Source: a bacterium (GTDB lineage Bacteria; Patescibacteriota; Minisyncoccia; Phycocordibacterales; UBA12088). Taken from it: DNA of 64,000 nt. The notes under the pieces were generated by a model, which saw only the letters and a list, made by a program, of their open reading frames with translations, was not told the origin of the DNA and searched no databases. Shown here piece after piece: positions 18,907 to 28,930 of this stretch. The DNA lies in contig QKEV01000011.1 in assembly GCA_003252295.1 (NCBI GenBank), positions 7,127 to 71,126 on the forward strand. The letters run 5' to 3'. The position numbers and the translations under genes are program-made. Position 1 is the first letter of the stretch; every line of letters starts with the position of its first letter.

Positions 18907-19857
18907 CTACATGAACAGAAGGAAGAAACCGAGTACGATGAGTGGTATGGAAACAGCTTTCTGAACTATGTCACGAAAGGTCACATTTTCACCCCAATCT
19001 TTAGAAATGTAGCGACCACAACATACTGAGAACCCAAGAAGGAACAGGTACTGCAACCCTCCCAGTGCCTGAGGAAGTGACACCATACTCTTGTCCACCA
19101 TATCAACCGCCATGAGCATCATGATGCTGGCGATACCACCCAGGAGCTTGTTCCCTATAAGCAACATGCTGTCGCGTTTCTTCGCTCTCTGTGTACGCGC
19201 CATAACCTTTTCGTAGTAGTACGGAATGAGGAGCATGGAGAGTGCTATAGCCACAATAGCCATACGAGACCAGAAGAAGCCAGTGTCAAAGTTTGTCTCC
19301 TCAAAGAGTTCTTTCAAAACCACATAGTGCAAACCGAACATGATACCTGCATGGAAAACTGAGAACATGGTTTGCTTTGTAAAGCGAAGACCTGAGGTGA
19401 GGATAGTTCCTGCAACAAGAAGGAGCATGCCTGCAAGAAAGTTATGCGGCAGTGACGTATCAAAAAAGTAGTACCCGAGGAAAAATGTTGCAAGTGCATT
19501 TACAGCTCCAACAACAGGCACCACATCAGATGCATCTGAGTACTTTAAGGCAGTAAACATAGAGAGGAGTGCGGTAAAAAAGGTGTACCCAGTAGTGAGA
19601 GAAAGTGCAAATGTCGTAATAGTGAGTGCCTGTACATTTTCAAAAGTAGGTATGGATATTCCATCAACAAAGACGGGAATAGGGAGCCAACCAAGCAGAA
19701 AAACGAGTACGGAACCAGATGAAAGTATGCTAATCCAAAACGTATAGGTGAACGGACGAAGCACTACCGTTTCAGAACTAACGATGTACTTATCAATGAG
19801 GGCCACAGCAGCAAGAAAAACCTGTGCTACAACAACAAGTGTTAACCAAAGCGGCAT
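18907..19857 (-). CDS. EamA/DMT-like membrane transporter
   Basis: About 10 TM helices in two repeats; ALKYSDASDVVP. Confidence 0.7.
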   Translation of the reverse strand: MPLWLTLVVVAQVFLAAVALIDKYIVSSETVVLRPFTYTFWISILSSGSVLVFLLGWLPIPVFVDGISIPTFENVQALTITTFALSLTTGYTFFTALLSMFTALKYSDASDVVPVVGAVNALATFFLGYYFFDTSLPHNFLAGMLLLVAGTILTSGLRFTKQTMFSVFHAGIMFGLHYVVLKELFEETNFDTGFFWSRMAIVAIALSMLLIPYYYEKVMARTQRAKKRDSMLLIGNKLLGGIASIMMLMAVDMVDKSMVSLPQALGGLQYLFLLGFSVCCGRYISKDWGENVTFRDIVQKAVSIPLIVLGFFLLFM

Positions 19858-19925
19858 ACGTATATTGTACCCACTATTCAGTAACTAATCGCACATGTTA
19901 CCCACATGAAGAGTTGTTAAGATGA

Positions 19926-21149
19926 CTATTTTGAGTAGTGCACTATGAGATCCTTATAGACGTATGCAGATGGACGAATGGTACGCTCCTGCGTCTCGTA
20001 GTTTATCTCAACAAGACCAAACTTCATTTCAAAACCATCATCCCATTCGTAGTTGTCGAGCAGTGACCAGTAGAAGTGACCACGAACATCCACTCCTTCT
20101 TCCAGTGCACGTGCAACACCAGCCACCTGCTTTCGAATATATTCAGCACGATCCTTATCACGAGCATCTGCAATACCTGCCTCCGTAATAAGTATTGGCT
20201 TCTTGTACCTCTCTAAATACTTCAATGCATCGTAAATTTCCCAAGGAGTTACCTTCCAACCAATATCAGTCATATCAAAAACTTCTGTACCTCCAAAGTG
20301 TGTACTTTTATAGTAGTTCAATCCAATAACATCAAGTTTGTTCACTACACCCCTCAAAAAATGACCACTCTGAAAATACTGTGCAACTACAGCAAGCAAT
20401 TTGTTGAACGGATTCCAGTTACCAACAAAGAACCTTACATGCTTTACAACGCTCACCTGAACAAATGGGGCAATTTCTTTTATTGCATCATACGCACTGT
20501 TGTGTGCTTTAATGAGATTTCTCTGTACACGAAAAAAACTAACAATGTGCGAAAACCTTCCAATCCTTGCGGATGTTTTCTCTCCATAATCTTTTTCAAT
20601 ATCAATACCTAAAATACGTACACCTTTAAATGGAGGTCTGCATCCATACAAGTAACCATGTGTCACAAAAACACCTGGTTCATTTATTGTACTGAATTGT
20701 GTACATAGGTCAGACAACTCGGCAACCACATGACTAGCATACCTTGCAAAAAGTTTACTAAAATCTTTTCGTTCTACACCACCCCCTTCGTACAGCCAAA
20801 TTGGAAGTGTCCAATGCCATAAGGTAACTATAGGCTCAATACCTCTCTCGTGAAGTGCACGAAGTACGGTTCTGTAGTGCTCTATTGCCTCTGTGTCAAA
20901 CTCACCCTCACGTGGCTCAATGCGTGCCCATTCAACTGAAAAACGGTGTGCATTGTGTCCAAGCGATTTAGCAATATCAAAATCTTCTTGGTACCTATTG
21001 TAGTGGTCACAGGCATCACCGCAAACCGGCACCTTTCCCTCAGCAGCAGCTTGTGCCCAGTCGCAGTTGTATATACCACCCTCCACCTGGTAGCTTGCAG
21101 TTGCAGCACCCCACAGAAAACCCTTTGGAAACACGTTCTTTGAGTCCAT
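19926..21149 (-). CDS. Glycoside hydrolase family 1 (beta-glucosidase)
   Basis: FLWGAATASYQVEG, TINEP, ITEAG, WSLLDNYEW. Confidence 0.95.
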   Translation of the reverse strand: MDSKNVFPKGFLWGAATASYQVEGGIYNCDWAQAAAEGKVPVCGDACDHYNRYQEDFDIAKSLGHNAHRFSVEWARIEPREGEFDTEAIEHYRTVLRALHERGIEPIVTLWHWTLPIWLYEGGGVERKDFSKLFARYASHVVAELSDLCTQFSTINEPGVFVTHGYLYGCRPPFKGVRILGIDIEKDYGEKTSARIGRFSHIVSFFRVQRNLIKAHNSAYDAIKEIAPFVQVSVVKHVRFFVGNWNPFNKLLAVVAQYFQSGHFLRGVVNKLDVIGLNYYKSTHFGGTEVFDMTDIGWKVTPWEIYDALKYLERYKKPILITEAGIADARDKDRAEYIRKQVAGVARALEEGVDVRGHFYWSLLDNYEWDDGFEMKFGLVEINYETQERTIRPSAYVYKDLIVHYSK

Positions 21150-21312
21150 GTATATAGAATAGCATATGAGACAAAGCAAATATAAAAAACATGGGTAAAA
21201 AAATACGGGGCACTGATCCATTCAGTGCCCCGTGGGGGACGCATACGCCTTACGTGTTCAAAACGCGAACAAAAGCGCATGCCAGGAAAATGTACTTACA
21301 TCCCTGCGGATG

Positions 21313-22011
21313 TTACGGAATGGAGACTTTGATCGATCCATCCATACTGCTCTTGAAATAATCAACCGCAGCATTTGCACCACTCAGTACCTCTTTGAAG
21401 TCCTGACCTGATGACTGTGACTGTACCAGTTCTGCAAACTCAAAACTGTTATTGTCTGACGGATCGCCCAATCTGACCTTTCCAGTGAGCAAAGTAACAG
21501 CTCCGACATCAACTTCCTTACCGTACGCAGCAACGCGCGTCGCACCATCTGCATTAAACATGGTTGCATCAAAGTACTCCGGCAAGCAGCCATCTTCACA
21601 GTTAGCACCGCCATCGACTAATACCCTGTCAACGCCCCAGACGTCCATCTTTTCGTACTGCATGGCTGCTTGAATCTCGCCACCAGCACCAAGATTGCCG
21701 GCACCTTCATTGATTGCTAACCATGCACCAGCACTCTGATAGGCAACATTGTCACCCACCTGATCAGGATCGCCGAATTGTGCATTTATGGCGGTTTCGC
21801 CTTGCGAGAGAAGTTTAACCTCATCACCATAACCATAGGTGTCGCCTGCAGCATTCACTATAACCGTGCCGCTACTAAGCTCACCAGCATAACAACCAGG
21901 ACCGTCACAGGTAATCACATCATCATCGCTGCAGTTATCGCAAGCAAATACATTTGCGGCTACTGCAAAAAACAAATAAAACATGGATACAACAAGCAGA
22001 ACCTTTTTCAT
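21313..22011 (-). CDS. Secreted acidic Cys-containing hypothetical protein
   Basis: Signal peptide MKKVLLVV...VFA; GGAGG SD; terminator at about 21205-21232. Confidence 0.75.
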   Translation of the reverse strand: MKKVLLVVSMFYLFFAVAANVFACDNCSDDDVITCDGPGCYAGELSSGTVIVNAAGDTYGYGDEVKLLSQGETAINAQFGDPDQVGDNVAYQSAGAWLAINEGAGNLGAGGEIQAAMQYEKMDVWGVDRVLVDGGANCEDGCLPEYFDATMFNADGATRVAAYGKEVDVGAVTLLTGKVRLGDPSDNNSFEFAELVQSQSSGQDFKEVLSGANAAVDYFKSSMDGSIKVSIP

Positions 22012-22311
22012 ACCACACCTCCGTTTTGTTTTTTTTCCCGTTTTTTTAACAAAAAACTCTTATCTGTACACCGGGTTTTCACCCAATGTAGATTTCCATA
22101 CCTTGTATATGCTACGTGGTACTGAAATGGGCAATTGCCCAGTGCTGCCGCGAATGTATCACACACTTTTTTATGTGTCAAGTGTTTTATAGTAGCAACA
22201 CTTGCGTATTCAAAATCTGTGTGGTATAAGTGCGGATAGTCAAAAGTACTCTGATAAATACATACAACAACAAAAACACTGAAGAAAAAACACCAACGAG
22301 GGGGTGTACCT

Positions 22312-22941
22312 ATGAAAAAAAGGATTCAAATGCTCATCTATTGTACTCTGCTCTGTTTCGTACCAGTACTTGTACAAGCGGAAACTGAGGGTTTTCTGAA
22401 GAGAAATAACACTCGTACGCCACAGCAAATGATCGAGGAAACGCTGCAACTGCCTGCATACGTGCAGGAAATTTTCTTTTCTACCATTCAGATCCATACA
22501 GGTCTCGACAAAGCGACCTTTGTGAAAAGAATCAAAAGTGGAAACTTTAAAGTAGCTACCGAGTTCCCACTCCAACTTCTCACGGCACGCATTGTCAACA
22601 AGGAGGTAGAGTGGTGGCGCGAAGTGGAAGACAAGGAAGCGGTTCTCTGGGTACCTGACAAACAGGGAGTTTGGGTTCCTGCATCCTTACCAGCGTGCGG
22701 TAACCCGGTTGAAAAAACCGAAACACTCAAGGCCATTGCCACCCAAAAGACAACTGGGGGTGGTGAGTACGTCTGTGAAGACTGTAACTGTATGTGGTGT
22801 GAACCTATTGGACCACCGCAGTACGAGCACGAAGGTGGTGATTCGATTCACTACCGAATTGGACGTTTCGTTTTTGAAGAAGCAACAGATACTGACGTAG
22901 AGGTATTCGTACCTGTCCATTGCGTTAACTTAGGAAAATGA
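22312..22941 (+). CDS. Secreted hypothetical protein (CGNP and CxxCxCxxC motifs)
   Basis: Signal peptide ending VQA; GAGGGGG SD. Confidence 0.7.
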   Translation: MKKRIQMLIYCTLLCFVPVLVQAETEGFLKRNNTRTPQQMIEETLQLPAYVQEIFFSTIQIHTGLDKATFVKRIKSGNFKVATEFPLQLLTARIVNKEVEWWREVEDKEAVLWVPDKQGVWVPASLPACGNPVEKTETLKAIATQKTTGGGEYVCEDCNCMWCEPIGPPQYEHEGGDSIHYRIGRFVFEEATDTDVEVFVPVHCVNLGK

Positions 22942-22952
22942 AGGGGGATGAT

Positions 22953-23585
22953 ATGAAGATTACAGGTAAAAGATTTGTTATTTTGTTGTCACTCACTTTG
23001 GCCATAGCCAGTCTTACCGGCTGCGGAAAAGGATGGCAAAGAACTGATTCTGGCTTCGATGTTTCTGGAGCCCCGCTCACCTGCCCTGAGGGCATCAAAG
23101 AAGGTGAGCAGTGTGTTGCAGTAGCCAAAACGCCTTGGGATCCAGGCGGAAGTGAAAAGATATCAGTTGTCTACACAGCCGTTAAAGGTGGCGGTAATTG
23201 CACTTTCACTCGCAAGGACAAGTACGGTAACGTAGTATTAGGTGATGACAATAAACCAGTAATAACTGTTGCCAAATGCGGTACTAAGATTGAAGCGATC
23301 AGGTCCGAAAAGGATCGCCTTGCTACCATTTCTGGCTACCTTATTAGCGGCGCCACCGAAATTGGAGGCAAGTTTATTGATCGGGACGCCAGGATTCAGG
23401 CTGCTGAAAGAGATAACAGCGGGGATACATGGATCATAGCACCGACCTCTAATGCAGTTGCCGGCTCGAGTTCTCATCCGTTTGTGTACTCGCCGAGCAG
23501 TGCAGGTGCAAACCAGTATACTGGTGTTGGTGTTTCAAATCAGCAAAGCGGCGTAGCAAGCTGCCCATCGGGCAAGTGTCAGTAA
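22953..23585 (+). CDS. Putative lipoprotein
   Basis: Lipobox LTGC; paired Cys; Ser/Gly-rich tail; GGGGG SD. Confidence 0.7.
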   Translation: MKITGKRFVILLSLTLAIASLTGCGKGWQRTDSGFDVSGAPLTCPEGIKEGEQCVAVAKTPWDPGGSEKISVVYTAVKGGGNCTFTRKDKYGNVVLGDDNKPVITVAKCGTKIEAIRSEKDRLATISGYLISGATEIGGKFIDRDARIQAAERDNSGDTWIIAPTSNAVAGSSSHPFVYSPSSAGANQYTGVGVSNQQSGVASCPSGKCQ

Positions 23586-23608
23586 TATTCAACCTGTTGT
23601 TGTATCGG

Positions 23609-23637
23609 AAAGGCCGACGATCATATCGTCGGCCTTT
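23609..23637. terminator. Bidirectional intrinsic terminator
   Basis: aaaggccgacgat-cat-atcgtcggccttt. Confidence 0.75.
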
Positions 23638-23652
23638 TGTATTTATTCACCT

Positions 23653-24624
23653 CTAACGAGCAAGTGCTCGCTCTATAACATGCTCCAAGAAGTGTGGCAG
23701 CTTTGCTCCCACCGCATCAATCGCTTTTGGTACGAGTGATGTTGGTGTAAGACCTGGTAGTGTGTTTACCTCAAGAAAGAACACATCTCCTTGTTTGGTC
23801 ACCATGAAATCACTACGTGAATAGTCACGAAGTCCAAGCTCTCGATGCACGTGTCGCGCATGCTCCATGAGTGCCTGTGTGGTTGCACGATCGAAAGGTG
23901 CAGGACATAGCTCTCTCGCCCCTCCTTCGTCAGCATACTTCTCCTTGTAATCAAAAAAGTCACTGTTGGTGTACGCAATCTCAATAGGTGGAAAAACATA
24001 CAAATTCTCACCACGAAACCCTTCTGCAACCGCCACGGTCACCTCCCTGCCACGGATGTAGTTCTCAATGAGAGCTGTTGCACTCACCTCAAATACTTCA
24101 CGGAGTGCTGCGGCAAGTTCACGTCGTGTACGTACAAGTGCCGTTGCAACTGACGAACCGCCATCCATTGGCTTTACCACCGCAGGCATCATAAACGTCG
24201 TAAATAGCTCAAGTACCGCCTCGTCAGTATAGTCATCCACAACCATAACCCTATGCTCTGCAAACCGATATGGGGCACCTTCAAGTGCACGTTTCGCACT
24301 TGCCTTATGCATGGAGAGCGCACTCCCCAGTGGACCAGTTCCTGTGTACGCCTTACTGTGTGCGTCAAGGTACTGCTGTAGCTCACCATTTTCACCATAG
24401 GAACCATGTAGCGCTATGAAAAATACATCTATCTGGTCGAGTACTCGAATTGGATCCATTGGTCTGCCATGCAGGTGCCAGGTACCTTGCCGATCTATGA
24501 GTACATCACGTACATCAAAGTTACTATCAGCCAAATGTGACAACACCGTCTGACCGGTTTTGAGTGAGACGTCATACTCAGTTGACTGCCCACCACGAAT
24601 CACCCCTACTCGAGTTCTGTTCAT
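23653..24624 (-). CDS. ddl: D-alanine--D-alanine ligase
   Basis: GGQSTEYDVS, LHGSYGENG, VKP..GGSS, FFDYKEKY, LEVNTLPG. Confidence 0.95.
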   Translation of the reverse strand: MNRTRVGVIRGGQSTEYDVSLKTGQTVLSHLADSNFDVRDVLIDRQGTWHLHGRPMDPIRVLDQIDVFFIALHGSYGENGELQQYLDAHSKAYTGTGPLGSALSMHKASAKRALEGAPYRFAEHRVMVVDDYTDEAVLELFTTFMMPAVVKPMDGGSSVATALVRTRRELAAALREVFEVSATALIENYIRGREVTVAVAEGFRGENLYVFPPIEIAYTNSDFFDYKEKYADEGGARELCPAPFDRATTQALMEHARHVHRELGLRDYSRSDFMVTKQGDVFFLEVNTLPGLTPTSLVPKAIDAVGAKLPHFLEHVIERALAR

Positions 24625-24645
24625 AAGAATAATTATACCAGAGCA

Positions 24646-25914
24646 CTACTCCCTCATTCTTCTCGCACGCCTCTTCTTGTGGAATGACAAAGCGAATCGA
24701 TGTGCCTCGCTATTTGCGAGCAGGATATCGTTCTGGTACCTATTTTTAACCTTGAGAGGTCCCTGAAGGTTTCGTGGTCGATGATGCTTATCCTTTGTAA
24801 CTGCAACAAGCGGTATGACCACACCTGCTTTTTTACAAACACGCTCAGCAACATTCATCTGCGCCTTACCACCATCAAGTACCATGAGTTTTGGATACTG
24901 CCACTCAGGGTGAGCTAAACGTCGTTCAAGCAGTTCCTCAAGTGCACCCGTGTCACTTCCTGAAGCAGCATCTCGAATAGTAAATGTTCTGTACTCACTC
25001 TTTTCCATCACACCACCATCAACAACCACCATAACACCCACCGTATCTGTACCACCGAGGTGTGCCACGTCATACGCTTCAACACGATACCCAGCACCTG
25101 AACGTAACGGTACATCTCGTTTTAGAAGTGACACATCCTCTATGTGTTGCAACGCAAAGAGTTGACGCTTTACCGTTGCTGCTTCTTCGAAACGTTCCTC
25201 TCGCGCAAGTTTATGCATGTCACGTTCAAGTGTGCGGAGTAGTGTCTTGAGCTTCCCATCAAAGATGGTTTTTAGGTAGCGCACCGTACGTGCGTACTCT
25301 TTCTGTGTTACATCTCCTCTTGGAAACACGCCAATTGATTCATTAAAGAGTAGTTTTCTATCATACTTTTCACGAAGCATCTGTACCGGTTCTTTTGTAT
25401 CGTAGTATGGAAAAATTTTTCGTAGCAACTTAAGTGCCTCCTTGAACTGACCAGCATGTGGAAACGGTCCATACACTAGTGGATCTTTATACCTCTTTCG
25501 CTCCCCCTGATACAAACGTTTAAGCTGTGCCAAAGTGATGGTTAGATCTTTACCACGTACCGTCAATAACCGTGGGTATACCTCATGTATTGTTATAACA
25601 AGATGGTTAAAACTTTTATCATCCTTATCTCGCACGTTGTACGGCGGCTTAAACTCCTTTATGAGCTTCGCTTCAAGAATGAGTGCTTCGAGCACAGAAT
25701 CAGTTGTACGAAAATCAACTCTCTCTGCCCGCTCTACCATACGAACGATTTGTACACCACGTGAAGCAAGTACATTTTTACCAAAGTAGCTTCGCACACG
25801 ACTCTTAAGCGACGTTGCTTTTCCAACGTAAAGCAGTTCACTCTTTTTTCCGAGAAAGAGGTACACTCCAGAGCAATCCGGAAGTGCCTGTATACTTGCG
25901 TGAGTAATCTCCAT
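24646..25914 (-). CDS. uvrC: Excinuclease ABC subunit C (shortened, no C-terminal HhH)
   Basis: GVY...YVGKA..LKSRVRSY GIY-YIG, UVR motif FEEAA, EAYDVAH, DGGKAQ, EAHRFA. Confidence 0.9.
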   Translation of the reverse strand: MEITHASIQALPDCSGVYLFLGKKSELLYVGKATSLKSRVRSYFGKNVLASRGVQIVRMVERAERVDFRTTDSVLEALILEAKLIKEFKPPYNVRDKDDKSFNHLVITIHEVYPRLLTVRGKDLTITLAQLKRLYQGERKRYKDPLVYGPFPHAGQFKEALKLLRKIFPYYDTKEPVQMLREKYDRKLLFNESIGVFPRGDVTQKEYARTVRYLKTIFDGKLKTLLRTLERDMHKLAREERFEEAATVKRQLFALQHIEDVSLLKRDVPLRSGAGYRVEAYDVAHLGGTDTVGVMVVVDGGVMEKSEYRTFTIRDAASGSDTGALEELLERRLAHPEWQYPKLMVLDGGKAQMNVAERVCKKAGVVIPLVAVTKDKHHRPRNLQGPLKVKNRYQNDILLANSEAHRFALSFHKKRRARRMRE

Positions 25915-25920
25915 ATCGTC

Positions 25921-28506
25921 TTACTTGAGTACCTTTTTAAGATACTTTCCAGTGTGCGTTTTTGTCTGAGCAACCTCCTCTGGAGTCCCTTTAGCAACAA
26001 TCTTACCTCCATCAACTCCTCCTTCGGGACCAATATCAATGAGCCAGTCAGCACTCTTAATAATATCCATATTGTGCTCAATAATAACGACACTGTTACC
26101 TCTGTTAATGAGTGCATTTAATACATCTAAGAGTTTCTGCACATCATCGTAGTGCAACCCAATCGTTGGTTCATCAAGAAGGTATATGGTCTTTTGTGTG
26201 TGTGGTCTAAACAGTTCACTCGCAATCTTAACTCGTTGTGCTTCCCCACCAGAGAGCGTATTTGCTGCCTGCCCGAGCTTCAGGTACCCAAGTCCCACCT
26301 CGGTCAAAGTCTTCAACCTGTCATGCACCTGCGGAATATCCTTAAAGAACTCGTACCCCTCATCAATACTCATCTCAAGTACGTCATATATGTTTTTCTT
26401 TTTATACCGTACCTCAAGTGTCTCCTTCATAAAGCGTTTACCATTGCACACATCACACTGCACGTACACCGTAGGGAGAAAGTGCATTTCAACCGCAATT
26501 GTACCGTTTCCCTGACATGCTTCACATCGTCCACCACCCTTTGCTGTTGCCACGTTAAACGAGAACCGTCCCGCTTTCCACCCACGGAACCGTGCTTCTT
26601 CGGTCGAAGCAAACAGGTCACGAATGTAGGTCCAGGCACCCGTGTAGGTTGCCGGGTTGCTTCGTGGTGTACGTCCAATAGGACTCTGGTCCATCAAGAC
26701 CACTCTCGAGAGGTACTCCGTACCAGTGAGACTTGAGATGTTGTAGAGCTTGTTGGTTCGATACTGTCGTTCGAGTCGCGCTCGTAGGTTTTTATGTAAC
26801 AGCTCATACATGAAGGTACTCTTACCCGAACCAGAAACACCCGTGATCACCACCATCTTCTGTAGCGGTACATCTGCGTTCATACCCTTGATGTTGTTTG
26901 CGTTGCCGTTGCGCAGACGAAGCCATCCTCGCTCTTCCTCCCTTCGCACCTCAGGTATCTCTATTTCTTTTTCACCACGCAAGTACGCAAGTGTACGTGA
27001 ACCACTCATATTTCGTTTTGCCGTTAAAAGCTCTTCGAGCCATCCTTGCACGACAACCTCACCACCCTGCACACCAGCACCAGGACCGATGTCTACAATG
27101 TAGTCAGATGAAAAAATAGTATCCTCATCATGCTCAACAACAACAATCGTATTTCCGAGATCACGAAGTGCGGTGAGGGTTTTAATGAGTCGGTCATTAT
27201 CACGTTGATGCAGACCAATCGTTGGCTCATCAAGCACGTAGAGTGCACCAACGAGACCAGAGCCGAGTTGACTCGCAAGGCGTATACGCTGAGCCTCACC
27301 ACCTGAGAGCGTGTTTGCTCGTCTGTCGAGTGTCAGGTAGTCGATACCAACATTGAGCATGAACTGCAAACGTGCCTGTATCTCCCGCAATACTACTGAA
27401 GCTATTTCCTTATCCTTTTTTGAGAGCTCTAGAGAAGTAATGAAGGTATGCGCGTCCCGTATCGAGAGCGCTGTAAGGTCAACAATACTTTTTCCTACCT
27501 TTGGATCACCTCCAAGAAAAACCTGCAACGCCTCAGGGCGAAGACGTTTTCCGTTACACTCAGTACAAATATCATCATGAAAGAAACCGATCGTTCCTAG
27601 ACCGTTACAGCCACTACAGGCACCATATGGAGAGTTGAACGAAAAGAGTCGCGGCTCTACTTCAGGAAACGAGAAACCATCCTTTGGACAGATAAACTTC
27701 GAAGAGAGTACTTCAGTACTGCCATCTGGAGCTTCTATCTCTATGAGGCCATCTGACTCATCGAGAGCAAGTTCAATTGCTTCAGCAAGTCGTTCCTCAG
27801 CATCTTTTTTACCTCCCGTAAGTTCTGAAAAGAAGAGCTCATCAACGAGTACACTAATGTCATGACGTTTCTGTTTTCCAAGAGTTATCTTCTCCCGTAG
27901 GGAGTACTCTTTTTTATCAATACGTACCTTTTCATATCCCTTTCCAAGTAAGTCATAGAGCATTTGGTAATACTCTCCCTTTCGTCCAACCACAACAGGT
28001 GCCCAAAGTCGAAGTTTTCGATCATCATAGGCAACACCCATCACCTCTTTCCCTTCGCCTTTACCATGTTGCAATACAAGATCCTTCACCATCCTTTGCA
28101 TTTCCTCATTTGAGAGACGCTTGATCGGTGTACCACAAATTGGACAATAGGCACTACCTACACGAGCATAGAGAATACGAAGGTAGTCGTATATTTCAGT
28201 GATTGTAGCAACTGTTGAGCGTGGATTATTTGAACGTGATTTCTGATCAATAGATATTGCTGGCGAAAGCCCAAGTATCTCATCAACATCCGGTTTCTTC
28301 ATTTGATTCAAGAACTGTCGTGCATAAGCAGAAAGTGACTCTACGTAACGACGCTGTCCTTCAGCAAAAATAGTATCAAAGGCAAGTGACGACTTACCGG
28401 AACCAGAAAGACCGCTAATAACCACAAGAGCATTCCGTGGAATCTTCACGGAAATGTTCTTGAGATTATGTGTTCGTGCACCTTTTATGTATATATGATC
28501 TTCCAT
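25921..28506 (-). CDS. uvrA: Excinuclease ABC subunit A
   Basis: GARTHNLKN, two Walker A motifs (GSGKS), two LSGGEAQR, zinc fingers. Confidence 0.98.
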   Translation of the reverse strand: MEDHIYIKGARTHNLKNISVKIPRNALVVISGLSGSGKSSLAFDTIFAEGQRRYVESLSAYARQFLNQMKKPDVDEILGLSPAISIDQKSRSNNPRSTVATITEIYDYLRILYARVGSAYCPICGTPIKRLSNEEMQRMVKDLVLQHGKGEGKEVMGVAYDDRKLRLWAPVVVGRKGEYYQMLYDLLGKGYEKVRIDKKEYSLREKITLGKQKRHDISVLVDELFFSELTGGKKDAEERLAEAIELALDESDGLIEIEAPDGSTEVLSSKFICPKDGFSFPEVEPRLFSFNSPYGACSGCNGLGTIGFFHDDICTECNGKRLRPEALQVFLGGDPKVGKSIVDLTALSIRDAHTFITSLELSKKDKEIASVVLREIQARLQFMLNVGIDYLTLDRRANTLSGGEAQRIRLASQLGSGLVGALYVLDEPTIGLHQRDNDRLIKTLTALRDLGNTIVVVEHDEDTIFSSDYIVDIGPGAGVQGGEVVVQGWLEELLTAKRNMSGSRTLAYLRGEKEIEIPEVRREEERGWLRLRNGNANNIKGMNADVPLQKMVVITGVSGSGKSTFMYELLHKNLRARLERQYRTNKLYNISSLTGTEYLSRVVLMDQSPIGRTPRSNPATYTGAWTYIRDLFASTEEARFRGWKAGRFSFNVATAKGGGRCEACQGNGTIAVEMHFLPTVYVQCDVCNGKRFMKETLEVRYKKKNIYDVLEMSIDEGYEFFKDIPQVHDRLKTLTEVGLGYLKLGQAANTLSGGEAQRVKIASELFRPHTQKTIYLLDEPTIGLHYDDVQKLLDVLNALINRGNSVVIIEHNMDIIKSADWLIDIGPEGGVDGGKIVAKGTPEEVAQTKTHTGKYLKKVLK

Positions 28507-28683
28507 GTTGTATGTAAACGTACCCTCACAGGCAGTTTTGCCTGTGCTTGGAGGCACAGGTAGTACGTGTTTGATTGTAGCAAACAATTATCCACAATCA
28601 AGTTGTATACGTGTCAAATCATAAAAAATGCTTGGTACAATATACGTACGATCGAGATAAACATTATTCATAACTAATTTACT

Positions 28684-28884
28684 ATGGTTCATATTCGACA
28701 ACCGTTCTTTTCAATTATCACTGCAACTGTGTTCAGTCTCATGGGACTCATGTACGGCATTTCTGCAGGAAAAGGAGCTGGTATTGCTTTTGGTACAATA
28801 GAACTCAACATGTCAGCAAGTTGGGCACTCACCGGTGTCATGTTCCTCATGGCATACTTCGCACTTGTACACATCAAGGACTAG
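28684..28884 (+). CDS. Small 2-TM membrane protein
   Basis: Two hydrophobic helices; terminator at 28905-28933. Confidence 0.6.
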   Translation: MVHIRQPFFSIITATVFSLMGLMYGISAGKGAGIAFGTIELNMSASWALTGVMFLMAYFALVHIKD

Positions 28885-28930
28885 TTTCTAATAACAGTAC
28901 TTTCTAAAAGCCGACATACTGTGTCGGCTT

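Noticed and set aside
22020-22160. Known riboswitch in the leader of the secreted protein gene
   Set aside because: Small hairpins are present but I recognise no aptamer consensus.
28588-28596. Replication origin at DnaA boxes (also 62313-62321)
   Set aside because: Isolated single boxes with no cluster and no dnaA/dnaN nearby.
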